From Ignavibacteriales bacterium (lineage in GTDB: Bacteria > Bacteroidota > Ignavibacteria > UBA10030 > UBA6906), in contig JBBIRR010000001.1 in NCBI GenBank assembly GCA_037441705.1, forward strand, positions 226,447 to 290,446: a DNA stretch of 64,000 nt, written 5' to 3'. The notes under the pieces were generated by a model. The model ran no database searches. It had not been told where the DNA came from and saw nothing but the letters and a program-made list of their open reading frames with translations. Shown here one piece after another: positions 10,107 to 21,270 of this stretch. Both the position numbers and the translations under genes were made by a program. Numbering within the stretch: the first letter of the stretch is position 1; each line of letters starts with the position of its first letter.

Positions 10107-10125
10107 AAGAGAGAAACATCTCTCT
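10107..10125. promoter_or_regulatory. Perfect 7-bp inverted repeat (AGAGAGA-AACA-TCTCTCT) about 100 nt upstream of the gltA start codon
   Basis: Read directly from the sequence, inside a 570-bp AT-rich divergent intergenic region at 9653-10223. Confidence 0.4.
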
Positions 10126-10223
10126 GGACTTTCGACACCCACCTGATGCATGAATCCAGCGAGATCCATCTCTTCTGCAGGAGGGTTTACCTCTACACCA
10201 ACGACACGAAAAGGAGAGAGAAC

Positions 10224-11555
<1,332 letters not shown>

Positions 11556-11611
11556 CACTCTCGCGTGGGCCGTCCCGCTACCCGGCGGAGCGGCCCACAG
11601 GTATCCGCGGC

Positions 11612-13570
11612 ATGAAGCGACGGCACAGCGTGGTCTTGCTTGTTGCAATCTTTTTTGAGGTTGCCTTTGCACAGCATGACCTGCACGAGTTGGCCCGAAC
11701 GGAAGCAGAAGCGTACGCGCGGCGATCACGCGTACGGTTCCACACGCAGGACGAGCGCGGTTTCGACGTCACCTCCTACAAACTCGACCTCAACATCACG
11801 GTTGTCCCCGGCTATCTCCGGGGCGTCGTAACGCTGCACGCTCGCAGCACCACCGCGGGGCTGACGGCGATCTCGCTCGACCTCATGAATTCGATGACGG
11901 TTGATTCCGTGATCTGTGCCGGCGCTGCCGCTCGGTTTATCCAGCACCCCACTACCGTGTTCATTGAACTCAACCGAAGTTACGGTTACGGTGAGATGGT
12001 GGTGCTGGATGTGTATTATCGGGGCGTTCCGACCAGCACGGGCTTCGGAAGTTTTGAATTCGGCTCACACCCGGGAGGTCCGTGGGTTTGGACGCTGAGC
12101 GAGCCGTATGGTGCTCGTGACTGGTGGCCGTGCAATGATCATCCTGCCGATAAGGCTGACTCCGTGGATATGCTGGTTACGTGCAGCAGGGATTTCAAGG
12201 TTGCATCGAACGGACGGCTCATTCGCATCACCAGCAATCCGGACAACACGCATACCTACCATTGGGCCGAACGCTACCCGATAGCAACGTACCTCGTTTT
12301 CCTCTCCTTGACCAACTATGCGGAGTTCACCGACTGGTTTCACTACACTCCGACAGACTCCATGCCCATTGTCAACTACATACTTCCCGAACACCTCGCA
12401 GTTGCGCAAGACAGCTTTCGCGTCGTGAGCGATATGTTGAGGATTTATTCGGAGACGTTCGGGCTGTACCCGTTCATCACGGAAAAATACGGCCACGCGC
12501 AATTCGGCAGAGGCGGAGCGATGGAGCACCAGACGATGACCTCGCTTGTGCGGGCAGCGTTCACCCAATCGGCACTCGCACACGAGCTTGCTCATCAATG
12601 GTTCGGCGATCTGATCACATGCGCAAGCTGGCGTCATCTCTGGCTTAACGAAGGCTTCGCGTCGTACGCTGAGGCGCTCTATTACGAAAAGCAGTATGGA
12701 CGCGAACACTATCGCTCGGCTCTTCGCAGTAGCATGGCCATCGCCAAGGCAGCCCGCGGTTCCGTAATCCGACCGGACACGACCGACATCAGCACTTTGT
12801 TCGATCAGGCGGCAGTCTATGCTAAAGGAGCGGCTGTCCTTCACATGCTGCGCTATGTGCTCGGCGATTCGGCGTTTTTCCGCGCTCTGCAAGCCTACAC
12901 ATCCGATGCACGGTTTCGTTACGGAGTTGCAACGACGGAGGATTTCCAGGGTGTGTGTGAAGCAATTGCGCAGCAGCCGCTTGACTGGTTCTTCCAGCAG
13001 TGGTTGTACGGCGAGAACTACCCGCGGTACACGTACACGTGGAACGCCCTCCCCGACACCGATCGACAATGGCGTGTCGACATCACCATCAAACAAACCA
13101 CCGGCACGTCACGTCCAGCGTTCTTCGTGATGCCGCTCGATGTGAAACTATCAGGTTCGACGCGCGACACGACCGTAACGGTGTTCAACACCTACAACGG
13201 TCAAACCTTCAGCCTTCAACTGGAATTTCCGCCGGAGCGGGTGGAACTTGACCCGGAGGAGCGAATCCTGAGGGATGTACTCCCATCAAACGACGGCGAG
13301 CTTCCAACGTCGTTTCGGCTTCTGCAAAACTATCCGAATCCGTTCAACGAGAGTACGACGATCGCTTACGAGATACCAACGCGAACGCATGTTGTTCTCA
13401 CCGTCTACGACGTTCTCGGGCGCCTTGTGGCAACGCTTGTGAATCGCGTCGAGGAACCGGGACATAAAACCGTTCGCTTCGACGCCGCAGACAACGCAAG
13501 CGGTGTGTACTTGTGCAGGCTGCACGCGGCGGGCTTTGCGGCATCGCGCAAGCTTCTCCTTCTCAAATAG
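11612..13570 (+). CDS. M1-family zinc aminopeptidase with T9SS C-terminal sorting domain
   Basis: GAMEH motif and HELAHQWFG...NEGFASY zinc site. Signal peptide from MKRRHSVVLLVAIFF (ATG 11612). C-terminal LLQNYPNPFNESTTIAYEIP...VYLCRLHAAGFAASRKLLLLK Por_Secre_tail. Confidence 0.85.
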   Translation: MKRRHSVVLLVAIFFEVAFAQHDLHELARTEAEAYARRSRVRFHTQDERGFDVTSYKLDLNITVVPGYLRGVVTLHARSTTAGLTAISLDLMNSMTVDSVICAGAAARFIQHPTTVFIELNRSYGYGEMVVLDVYYRGVPTSTGFGSFEFGSHPGGPWVWTLSEPYGARDWWPCNDHPADKADSVDMLVTCSRDFKVASNGRLIRITSNPDNTHTYHWAERYPIATYLVFLSLTNYAEFTDWFHYTPTDSMPIVNYILPEHLAVAQDSFRVVSDMLRIYSETFGLYPFITEKYGHAQFGRGGAMEHQTMTSLVRAAFTQSALAHELAHQWFGDLITCASWRHLWLNEGFASYAEALYYEKQYGREHYRSALRSSMAIAKAARGSVIRPDTTDISTLFDQAAVYAKGAAVLHMLRYVLGDSAFFRALQAYTSDARFRYGVATTEDFQGVCEAIAQQPLDWFFQQWLYGENYPRYTYTWNALPDTDRQWRVDITIKQTTGTSRPAFFVMPLDVKLSGSTRDTTVTVFNTYNGQTFSLQLEFPPERVELDPEERILRDVLPSNDGELPTSFRLLQNYPNPFNESTTIAYEIPTRTHVVLTVYDVLGRLVATLVNRVEEPGHKTVRFDAADNASGVYLCRLHAAGFAASRKLLLLK

Positions 13571-13578
13571 GTCTCCAC

Positions 13579-13971
13579 ATGAACGCAGCCCGACGACCAA
13601 TCCTTCTGTACATTGCTCGTGCTGTTGCCTTCGTCTGGGCAGCCTTCTGGTTGCTCTTCGGAATAGCGGCCGGCGTGGAAGAGGGGTTGAGGCTCACGGG
13701 ATTGATCATGCACGTCCTGTTCCCCGGCGTTCTGTTTCTCATGATTGCTCTGTTTGCGTGGCGATGGCCCGTGCACGGATCGATCGTTCTCATGCTCTGC
13801 GGCCTCGCTGTGCTCGTCCTCTATCCGCTGGAAATGCGAGGCGCTGCTTCGCTGTCGACCATGATCTTCGTTGTGTTGACGATGGGCGTGCCGCCGCTGC
13901 TTGCGGGGGCGTTGATGTTCATCCACGCGCGCACGCATCCGCCGACATTTCCTTTCAAGACCGACGACTGA
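13579..13971 (+). CDS. Hypothetical small integral membrane protein (about four TM helices)
   Basis: Start set at MNAARRPILLY (ATG 13579). Four hydrophobic helices. No recognisable domain. Confidence 0.45.
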   Translation: MNAARRPILLYIARAVAFVWAAFWLLFGIAAGVEEGLRLTGLIMHVLFPGVLFLMIALFAWRWPVHGSIVLMLCGLAVLVLYPLEMRGAASLSTMIFVVLTMGVPPLLAGALMFIHARTHPPTFPFKTDD

Positions 13972-13986
13972 ACGCCGGGCCTTGAC

Positions 13987-14334
13987 TCATAGGATTTCCC
14001 GAATCTTCTCGGCAGGGCGCGCAAGGATGGCTCGACTCCCCTTTTCGACAATCGGTCGCTGAATGAGATCGGGATACTTTACCATCAGATCAATCAACGC
14101 GTCATCCGATAGGCGTTTCTCCGCGAGGCGCAGTTTCTTATAGATCGGCTCCTTCGTACGCAGCAGCTCTCGCGGCGACATGTTCATCTTCGCCAACAAC
14201 TCCTTCATCTTCTTTTTCGGAATGGGGGTGATGTAGTAGTTCACGGCTTCGACGTCGACTCCTGCTTCTTTGAGAATCGCCATCGTCTTGCGACATGTGG
14301 TGCAGGTTGGTTTTTGGTAGATGGTGAGTTTCAC
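13987..14334 (-). CDS. ArsC/Spx/YffB-family thioredoxin-fold protein
   Basis: 115 aa with an N-terminal IYQKPTCTTCRK motif of the Spx/ArsC type (CxxC) and family-typical length. It is the last gene of the crcB/DUF190 cluster. Confidence 0.7.
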   Translation of the reverse strand: MKLTIYQKPTCTTCRKTMAILKEAGVDVEAVNYYITPIPKKKMKELLAKMNMSPRELLRTKEPIYKKLRLAEKRLSDDALIDLMVKYPDLIQRPIVEKGSRAILARPAEKIREIL

Positions 14335-14361
14335 GGGGATGGTGGATGGTGAATGTCGTAT

Positions 14362-14712
14362 CTAACCTTTGCCGGAGGTGTAGCGGATAATTTCGGCACG
14401 TTCGAGTGTCACCATGCCGCCCGAACCGCTCGACTCGAACAGTGCATCAACCACCGGCATGAACGCTTTGATCTTCTCTTCGGAATCAACAATCTCCACA
14501 ACGATGGGAAGGTCTTCAGAGAGACGCAGAATGCGGGCCGTATGAATGCGACTCGCGGCGCCAAAGCCTTCGACGCCGCGCAGGACGGTCGCGCCTGCCA
14601 ACCCCGCCTCCTTCGCACGAAGCACCAGCGCCTCGTAAAGGGGTTTGCCGTCCGCTTTATCCGACTCGCCCAGGAAAATCCGGAGCAGTTTGCCTTCGCC
14701 TTCAAGTTTCAT
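14362..14712 (-). CDS. DUF190 (PII-like) protein associated with CrcB
   Basis: 116 aa with LLRIFLGESDK and LRG.EGFG segments typical of DUF190. It lies directly downstream of crcB. Confidence 0.7.
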   Translation of the reverse strand: MKLEGEGKLLRIFLGESDKADGKPLYEALVLRAKEAGLAGATVLRGVEGFGAASRIHTARILRLSEDLPIVVEIVDSEEKIKAFMPVVDALFESSGSGGMVTLERAEIIRYTSGKG

Positions 14713-14734
14713 CGTCTCTCAATGCGCAAAGTGT

Positions 14735-15106
14735 TCATACAAGTTTGCCGAGCACCATGCCTATCCACGTTGCTATGAGACATGTCAGAACGCTCGCTAC
14801 GATATTCACGCCTCCCAGCATATAGCTTCCGGTGCGCAGCAGCATAACGGTTTCATAACTGAACGAAGAAAATGTGGTGAAGCCCCCGAGCACGCCGATC
14901 GTCAGAAACACGCGCAGCGATGGCATCACGAGAAAACGTTCCTCGAAGAATGCCGTCAGGAATCCGATCAAGAACGAGCCGAGGATGTTCACCGCGATCG
15001 TCCCGTACGGAAACGTCGCGGGCAGGAACCGATAGACAAGACCCTGAAGTCCGTACCGTGCCGCGGCGCCGATACCGCCGCCCAGGAAAACAAGCGCAAC
15101 ATTCAT
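14735..15106 (-). CDS. crcB: Fluoride ion channel CrcB/Fluc
   Basis: 123 aa with four TM helices. Conserved GGxGAxxRY and GxLGGFTTFSSF motifs. Confidence 0.9.
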   Translation of the reverse strand: MNVALVFLGGGIGAAARYGLQGLVYRFLPATFPYGTIAVNILGSFLIGFLTAFFEERFLVMPSLRVFLTIGVLGGFTTFSSFSYETVMLLRTGSYMLGGVNIVASVLTCLIATWIGMVLGKLV

Positions 15107-15194
15107 AGCTTATCATAGCAAAGTGCACGGCGAAATGCAAGGGTTGTTCCTTGCGCCCGTTTTCTGTACTTTCAGGCACCAACGTCCACCCGGC

Positions 15195-16358
15195 ATGATC
15201 CATCAACCTCTCAACATCCTGCAAACGTGTTTTTCGTATTCGTGGGGCGGCCTCGAGATGCAGGCGTTAGAGATCAGCAAGCAGTTGAAGCACCGCAAGC
15301 ACCGTGTCTGGCTTGCCTGTCTCCGCTCCAGCAGATTAGAACAAGCAGCCCGTGATGCAAACCTCAATGTTCTGTCCGTGAACACTCGCGGGTATGTTCA
15401 TCCATTAGCTGCGGCAAAGATCGCACGTCTGATTCGCGGCGTGGGGATCGATGTTATTCACTGCCAGCACTCCAGGGACCTTGCCACCGTTGTGTTCGCA
15501 CAGAAGCTTTCACGAGAACGCTGCCCGCTTCTGCTGAGCAAACGCGTCGGCTCTTACATAACCAAAAAGGATCTGTTCCACCGTTTTGTGTACGCGCACG
15601 TTGATCGCGTCTTCGCCATCTCCGACGTCATTCACCGGAACGTTCTGGAGACGACACCGGTCACTCCCGACCGCGTGATCACGCTGCACGATGCGGTGGA
15701 TACGGAACTGTTCTCGCTTGCACGCGTCAGCACCACACGTGTGCGGCAGGAGTTTGGCTACGATGACGACACGCTGGTGGTAGGGTTTGTCGGGAGATTC
15801 TCGCCCGGAAAAGGACACGAAGAGTTTCTGACGGCCGCGAGCATCCTCGCCAACAAGTATCGCAACATTCGGTTCTTGATTGTGGGCGAAGCGAGTTACG
15901 GCGAGCAGATGTACGAGCAGCGCATCCGGGCGATGTGTACAGCCCTCCGCCTCGACGGTATCGTCCAGTTCGCGGGGTACCGCACGGATATCCCGGATGT
16001 GATGGCGGCTTTCGACATCTTTGCATTCCCTTCGCATGCCGAGGCGTTCGGCGTTGCACTGATCGAAGCGATGGCCATGGAACGCCCCGTTGTCTCTACC
16101 AACTGCGACGGCGTGCTGGATATTGTCGTTGACGGCGTCACGGGCTTGTATGTCAACCCGCGCGACGCACAGCAACTTGCCGAAGCGATCGAACGGCTCG
16201 GGACCAATCCGGCGCTGCGCCGACAGATGGGAAAAGCAGGGCGTCGCCGCGTGGAGGAGATGTTCGACCAACGGCGTCAGGTCGCACGCATTGAAGAGAT
16301 CTACTACGAGCTGTTGGAGCTGCCTGCTCACACGACAGCAGCCACCGCTCGTCGTTAG
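15195..16358 (+). CDS. Glycosyltransferase family 4 (GT4)
   Basis: Start at MIHQPLNIL (ATG 15195). GT-B N-terminal domain followed by a Glycos_transf_1 C-terminal domain (VGRFSPGKGHEEF, FAFPSHAEAFGVALIEAMAMERPVVSTNCDG). Confidence 0.85.
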   Translation: MIHQPLNILQTCFSYSWGGLEMQALEISKQLKHRKHRVWLACLRSSRLEQAARDANLNVLSVNTRGYVHPLAAAKIARLIRGVGIDVIHCQHSRDLATVVFAQKLSRERCPLLLSKRVGSYITKKDLFHRFVYAHVDRVFAISDVIHRNVLETTPVTPDRVITLHDAVDTELFSLARVSTTRVRQEFGYDDDTLVVGFVGRFSPGKGHEEFLTAASILANKYRNIRFLIVGEASYGEQMYEQRIRAMCTALRLDGIVQFAGYRTDIPDVMAAFDIFAFPSHAEAFGVALIEAMAMERPVVSTNCDGVLDIVVDGVTGLYVNPRDAQQLAEAIERLGTNPALRRQMGKAGRRRVEEMFDQRRQVARIEEIYYELLELPAHTTAATARR

Positions 16359-17059
16359 TACGGACCGGTATACCTCGCCTTCAGCGCCTCGATGAGAGCT
16401 TTCGGTGTTGCAGCGTCCGTGTGAAGTCCCCAGTGCGGCCCGAAGGGTCCTTCTGCAGTTTTCCAGTACTGATCGTACGCTTCTCCCCAGACGAACCTGA
16501 CGGTCGTCGTGCTCAACTGACGAAAGAACGCCGTTTGATTCGTCTCACTCGCGCCGGCATCGCCGGCGGTAGGCCACCAACATTCTTTGACGACGATCGT
16601 TCTGCCGGGTGCCCGCGCTTCATTCCCCAACACGTATCCGTCAATGTGTGTCGTTTCGCGCAGAGCCGCTGCCCATTCTCTGCGCAACTGCACCGTATCA
16701 TACCAGAACAGTCCGCAAACCACACTCGTGAAGCCGACCTCCTTTGCAATACGCGGGATCTTTTCCAGACCTTGCAGTGAATCGAGAGAGTAGGTGACGA
16801 GACCCCGCCACCCTTCGCGTACAAGTTGTTGAAGTGATTCTCTGAGCAGTAACTCAGAAGCAGGAACACCGGACACAGGGTTGAATGGGCGAGGAGGAGC
16901 GAACGCGATCCACGAACGGCACTCGAGCAGCGCGGCGGGAACGGGCTGCCGGGGCACGCAGCGGGCGGCCAATCCGTCCGTCTGCCTCATGCCCTCGTCC
17001 TTGCTGCACGACGGGCAGATCAGAAGATTGCCAAGCAGGACTACGATCATGCGGTGCAT
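16355..17059 (-). CDS. GH17-like glycoside hydrolase lipoprotein (beta-1,3-glucanase family), possibly N-terminally short
   Basis: Lipoprotein signal peptide (LLICPSCS). LGNEA catalytic-acid motif and C-terminal FVWGEAYDQYWK...GPHWGL, resembling the GH17 FEAFDE.WK...HWG motif. At 234 aa it is shorter than a full TIM barrel. Confidence 0.45.
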   Translation of the reverse strand: MHRMIVVLLGNLLICPSCSKDEGMRQTDGLAARCVPRQPVPAALLECRSWIAFAPPRPFNPVSGVPASELLLRESLQQLVREGWRGLVTYSLDSLQGLEKIPRIAKEVGFTSVVCGLFWYDTVQLRREWAAALRETTHIDGYVLGNEARAPGRTIVVKECWWPTAGDAGASETNQTAFFRQLSTTTVRFVWGEAYDQYWKTAEGPFGPHWGLHTDAATPKALIEALKARYTGPY

Positions 17060-17204
17060 AACGTTCTCCTTCCCGTCTGATTCTTCCTATCGGGTTTCCA
17101 TTTCTGCGGGCCACTGCATCAGTTTCCCGACCGGGTATACAATAGAACAAAAAGGGGCACACCGAAGATTCAGCGTGCCCCTGGATTCTGCTGCGGGGTC
17201 GCTC

Positions 17205-18653
17205 TCAGCGTTTCAACAGACTCAGGAGGAAATCGAACGAACCCAGATCAGCCTGCTCGCCTAACGTCACCGTCACCTTTTCGAAGCCCAAGCCTTGCAT
17301 CGCTGGTACCGAAGCGATGTTGATGGGCGGGATGGTTGCCCCGTATTTTGCATTGATGACCTTCAGGAATTCGTTCGCGACGATCGCTGCGCCGCGCGAA
17401 GACGGATGCACTCCATCGTAGCTGAACAGCCCGCCGGAGATGAATGCCGGCGAGAATGTTCCAATGCCGGGAACGTACAACCCGTCGCGTCGAATCGTGT
17501 TGAAGATACCATTGATGTCCACAACGGCGAACCCTTTCGCTTCGGCCCGCGTGCGGATGATGTTATTGAACGCAGCGATTGCTGCTGCGCAGACTGCCTG
17601 CTCATCCGCGTCCAGCGTGAAGCGTCCGGGCCAGGGATTCTGAGGATGGAACCCAAACGGCTTCGTCGTGTCGATGCCCGGCGGCAGAGGCGAGATGTTG
17701 AAGTCACGATAATACTTTCCGCCACCCTGGCCTCCCGCTCGTCCCAAGAACGACGCGTAGGTACTGCCCGTCAGCAACAGCAGGGGCGGCGTGCTCTCGG
17801 TGAATCGTGTGGAGTCGAAGGAAACGCCGGTGTTCGTCCCCTTCTGGTAGCGAAGGTAAATACCGGCCGGTAGCGCCGCGCGCACCGAAGGCCCGACGGT
17901 CGTGAAGAAAGGAATTGCCGTCACGTCGGGAATGTTGGCAACGATAACGTTGGGGGTAATAGCGCGCAAGCTGTCCATCGTTTGCGAGTACAACGCATCA
18001 AATTGTGCGGTTGGCGTAGGAGCGCCGCTGCCGCCGCTGGTGGCGTAGCCCAGCACATCGTTGTTTCCGATCCAGCAGGTCATAAACGTGGGCTGCAGCC
18101 GCTTTGCCTGTTCAACGATACTGCGACCGAACGCCGTGTCGCGCTGGATGAGAGCGAAAAAGGGATTGGCTCGCTGGAAACTCTTGAGCTGAAAACTCGT
18201 CGGCCTATCCACCATGTCGAACACAACGGCTCCCGGAATGCCGAGGTTGTTGTACGGACGCGGGAGAGCGACGTTGAGATTCGAGGCAGGGTCCGCCGGA
18301 TTCACGCCCACTTCATCTATGATGACGGGGCCTGTCAGCGAGATGAGTTTCTTGCGTGCGCCAACTCCCGGCTCGCGCATCAGCGGCTGCTGGAAATCCG
18401 TTGTGCGGATTGCCTGCGCAATGAGATTCGGGAAGCTGTACATCTGGTCTCTCGACGAGAGAGCGTTCGATTGGAATCCCGCCGTGAGACTGTTGCCAAC
18501 AGCAACGTAGCGGGTGAAGTCTGCCGAGCCTGCGCTCCACGGCGTTTCGGGAGTTGTCGGAGCCTTTTCATCCTTCTTGCATCCTACAACAACAACCGCG
18601 CAAACAAGCGCCAGGACATGCACAAGCACCAGCGTTTGCTTCAAGGTTGACAT
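17205..18653 (-). CDS. SGNH/GDSL-family hydrolase lipoprotein
   Basis: Lipobox VVVGCK. Block I GNSLTAG, block III WIGNNDV, block V DGVHPS. Confidence 0.75.
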   Translation of the reverse strand: MSTLKQTLVLVHVLALVCAVVVVGCKKDEKAPTTPETPWSAGSADFTRYVAVGNSLTAGFQSNALSSRDQMYSFPNLIAQAIRTTDFQQPLMREPGVGARKKLISLTGPVIIDEVGVNPADPASNLNVALPRPYNNLGIPGAVVFDMVDRPTSFQLKSFQRANPFFALIQRDTAFGRSIVEQAKRLQPTFMTCWIGNNDVLGYATSGGSGAPTPTAQFDALYSQTMDSLRAITPNVIVANIPDVTAIPFFTTVGPSVRAALPAGIYLRYQKGTNTGVSFDSTRFTESTPPLLLLTGSTYASFLGRAGGQGGGKYYRDFNISPLPPGIDTTKPFGFHPQNPWPGRFTLDADEQAVCAAAIAAFNNIIRTRAEAKGFAVVDINGIFNTIRRDGLYVPGIGTFSPAFISGGLFSYDGVHPSSRGAAIVANEFLKVINAKYGATIPPINIASVPAMQGLGFEKVTVTLGEQADLGSFDFLLSLLKR

Positions 18654-18699
18654 GGTCTAACCCTTTCTTGAAAGTTGAGTGATCAAGTTCGTTCAACGA

Positions 18700-21021
18700 C
18701 TAAAACGTCGCCGTAATCGTTCCGATGACCTGCCTCCCGATGATTGAACCGCCGAAAATCTGATACACGCGGTTGTCGAACATGTTCGTTACCGTCACTG
18801 CCAGCCGGTAGTTGCTTGACAGGCGGTACGCCACCGAACCGTTGACGATCGTGTACGCGCGAATCGGTCCCGAAAAAACGCCTGCTGCCCAGGTAAACGG
18901 CTGGACGTTGCGGGCACTCAGGGAGAGATCAATCCCATCGGGGCGAGTCCACATGAACCCGGCAGCAAACTTGTGCTTGGGTGCATTCGGCAGAAGAATA
19001 TCGCCCGTCTGCTGTTCCTTCACCTTAAAATCATACCAGGTCCAATTGCCGTTGATCGAGACCTCGTCGTTGATGTAATAATTGAAGCCTACTTCCACGC
19101 CCGTCTCATCCACTTTTCCGGCATTGGTGTACGAGATAACTACTGCCGGCTTTCCATCAACAATCGTGAGGCCGGGCAGCGAACGCCGCAGCACCTCCGC
19201 CAATCCTGCAGGCGGGTTATAGGGATACAGCGGATTCACGCCCTGCAGGAGGTCGGTGATGAAATCCTTCGCCTGGTTGAAGTAGCCATCCACCGTCACG
19301 AAGAGTTTCTTGTCAAAGAAGATGCCCTTGTAACCGACCTCGTAGCCGGTGATTTTCTCCACCTTAAGATTCGGATTGCCGCGAGCAAGAATGGGGACGG
19401 GCTGACCCGGATTGCGCGGATCAACGTAGGCGGTGGTAGGAACCGTGCCTGCCCCCACGCGCAGGAAGAATTCGGAGTAATTGGGCACCTGGAATGCCTG
19501 ATTGTATGTTGCGCGCAGCGAGTGATCCGGATGAGGCGTCCACACAATGGCTCCTTTGGGCGACCACTGGCTTTCATGCAGCGTGCTGCGATCCCACCGA
19601 GCTGCCGCAACAAACTTGATCCACTCGATCGGCGAGTATTCCACCTGACCGAAGGCTCCGCTGGTGTTGTCGTCCTGCTTCTCGGCCATCAGCGTCCCGC
19701 GGGTGTTCACGTGGTAGTAGCGATGCGAAACACCGAGAACAACACGCATGGCGTCGTCGAGCAGATTGAAGTTGTATTGGATTTCGCCGTTGACGATTCC
19801 TGAACGCTCGTCAAGCGGTGCTCCTGAAAGAAGGGAATACTGAGGCTCGATGCTCTTTCGTCCTTGAGCCCACACCATCACGTTCAGGTTGGGGTTGCTA
19901 AAGTTCAGACGGCCCCACGGCTTATGGGCTTTCGTTACCTGCACGCGACCGATGCCGGTGAGGAAGACTTCGTTCTGTACTTCGGAAAACCCACCTTCGG
20001 CGGTGATAGTGTTCTCATCAAATTCGTAGTCAACACGACCGTTGAAGTAGGTCGAAACAACGTCGTCGGGATCGAGAGCGCGGGCTTCGCGCGAGAGTCC
20101 CGGATACTCATACGGACCGGCATGCGCACGATTGCGCGTCCAGGTGGAGCTTTGTACGCGGCCTGCGTTGGCTTTGTAGCTGATATGATCGCCGAGGAGA
20201 CCTGCATGCCGAACGTCTGCGCGCTGCAGCGCCAGCTCGCCCGCCGAATAGCTGACCTTGGTTCCCAGCACTTCCTTCGGGGCAGGCGTGGTAATGTTGA
20301 TAACGCCGTTGAACGCATTCGGCCCATAGAGGGCGGAACCGGGTCCACGCACCAACTCCAGCCGGCCGATGTCTTCGAGCGGCACGGGCAATCCGTTCCA
20401 TTCCTGCGCGCCAAGAAAGGCAATGGCCAGGTCCCTGCCATCGAGCAAGACCAACAGACGACGATTGAGCGAGCTGTTGAACCCTCGAGTGTTGATGTTG
20501 AAATCCTGGATGCCGCTCTGGACGATGTCAACGCCGGGCTGCATCTCCAGCAAGCGGGGCAACTGGCCCGTGGCCGAGTAGAGTTGGATTTCCTTCGGCG
20601 CAAGCGTGCTGATCGCGGCCGGAGCCTCGGTAATCCGCTCGGCCCGACGTGATGCACCGTACACCGTCATCTCGGAAATCTGCACAGCAAGCTCCGCCAG
20701 AACAATGTCCCGCGTCGTCGTTGCACCAGCCGTCACGACCACACCCGAGACCTCCTGGACCTCGTGGCCGACCAGCCGCGCGACTAATGTGTACGTGCCG
20801 GGCGCGAGATTACCGATCTGATACATTCCTTCGGCATTCGTCGCTGCCCCCGTGGTCGTTCCTTTCACAACGACATTGACGAACGGGAGTGGATCACCGG
20901 TGCGCTTGTCGGTGACTCTTCCCTGAATCGTCCCGGTCGTCTGCGCCAGTGCAGAGAAGGAACTAAGGAAAAGCAACATCACGACTCCGCCCTTCACAAA
21001 TGGTAGAGTTACGAGCCTCAT
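18700..21021 (-). CDS. TonB-dependent outer-membrane receptor with N-terminal carboxypeptidase-regulatory-like domain
   Basis: CarboxypepD_reg segment (GTIQGRVTDKRTGDPLPFVNVVVKGTTTGAATNAEGMYQI). Plug domain (RLELVRGPGSALYGPNAFNGVINITT). Long beta-barrel ending in an aromatic residue (...ITATF). Confidence 0.85.
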   Translation of the reverse strand: MRLVTLPFVKGGVVMLLFLSSFSALAQTTGTIQGRVTDKRTGDPLPFVNVVVKGTTTGAATNAEGMYQIGNLAPGTYTLVARLVGHEVQEVSGVVVTAGATTTRDIVLAELAVQISEMTVYGASRRAERITEAPAAISTLAPKEIQLYSATGQLPRLLEMQPGVDIVQSGIQDFNINTRGFNSSLNRRLLVLLDGRDLAIAFLGAQEWNGLPVPLEDIGRLELVRGPGSALYGPNAFNGVINITTPAPKEVLGTKVSYSAGELALQRADVRHAGLLGDHISYKANAGRVQSSTWTRNRAHAGPYEYPGLSREARALDPDDVVSTYFNGRVDYEFDENTITAEGGFSEVQNEVFLTGIGRVQVTKAHKPWGRLNFSNPNLNVMVWAQGRKSIEPQYSLLSGAPLDERSGIVNGEIQYNFNLLDDAMRVVLGVSHRYYHVNTRGTLMAEKQDDNTSGAFGQVEYSPIEWIKFVAAARWDRSTLHESQWSPKGAIVWTPHPDHSLRATYNQAFQVPNYSEFFLRVGAGTVPTTAYVDPRNPGQPVPILARGNPNLKVEKITGYEVGYKGIFFDKKLFVTVDGYFNQAKDFITDLLQGVNPLYPYNPPAGLAEVLRRSLPGLTIVDGKPAVVISYTNAGKVDETGVEVGFNYYINDEVSINGNWTWYDFKVKEQQTGDILLPNAPKHKFAAGFMWTRPDGIDLSLSARNVQPFTWAAGVFSGPIRAYTIVNGSVAYRLSSNYRLAVTVTNMFDNRVYQIFGGSIIGRQVIGTITATF

Positions 21022-21157
21022 AATGGTACTCCTGATGTGATTAGGGGATGTGGATTAGGGGCTACGAAGGTGTTTGTAACTTCTCTAGAAAGGAACAAAG
21101 ATACGACCAGATAAAGATACAATGCTTCGCCAAAAGAATCAAACACATACACACAAA

Positions 21158-21176
21158 CTGCTGGTATCGTCAGCAG
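21158..21176 (-). terminator. Candidate rho-independent terminator after the PL10 pectate lyase gene
   Basis: CTGCTG-GTATCGT-CAGCAG hairpin. On the minus strand it is followed by a U-rich tract (plus strand CAAAAGAATCAAACACATACACACAAA). Confidence 0.4.
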
Positions 21177-21270
21177 GCGGGAGTTGCGGATTGGCTGCGG
21201 CGACGTGGCACAGAATCAAACCTTTTCTCTCTGTACCACAAGCGTGTTTGCGCTTGAAGGGCACACATCG

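Noticed and set aside
15107-15194. Possible fluoride riboswitch upstream of crcB
   Set aside because: I reverse-complemented the leader by hand and compared it with the crcB-motif consensus. The GAUGG...CCUAC core is absent. This is kept only as a negative observation pending cmsearch.
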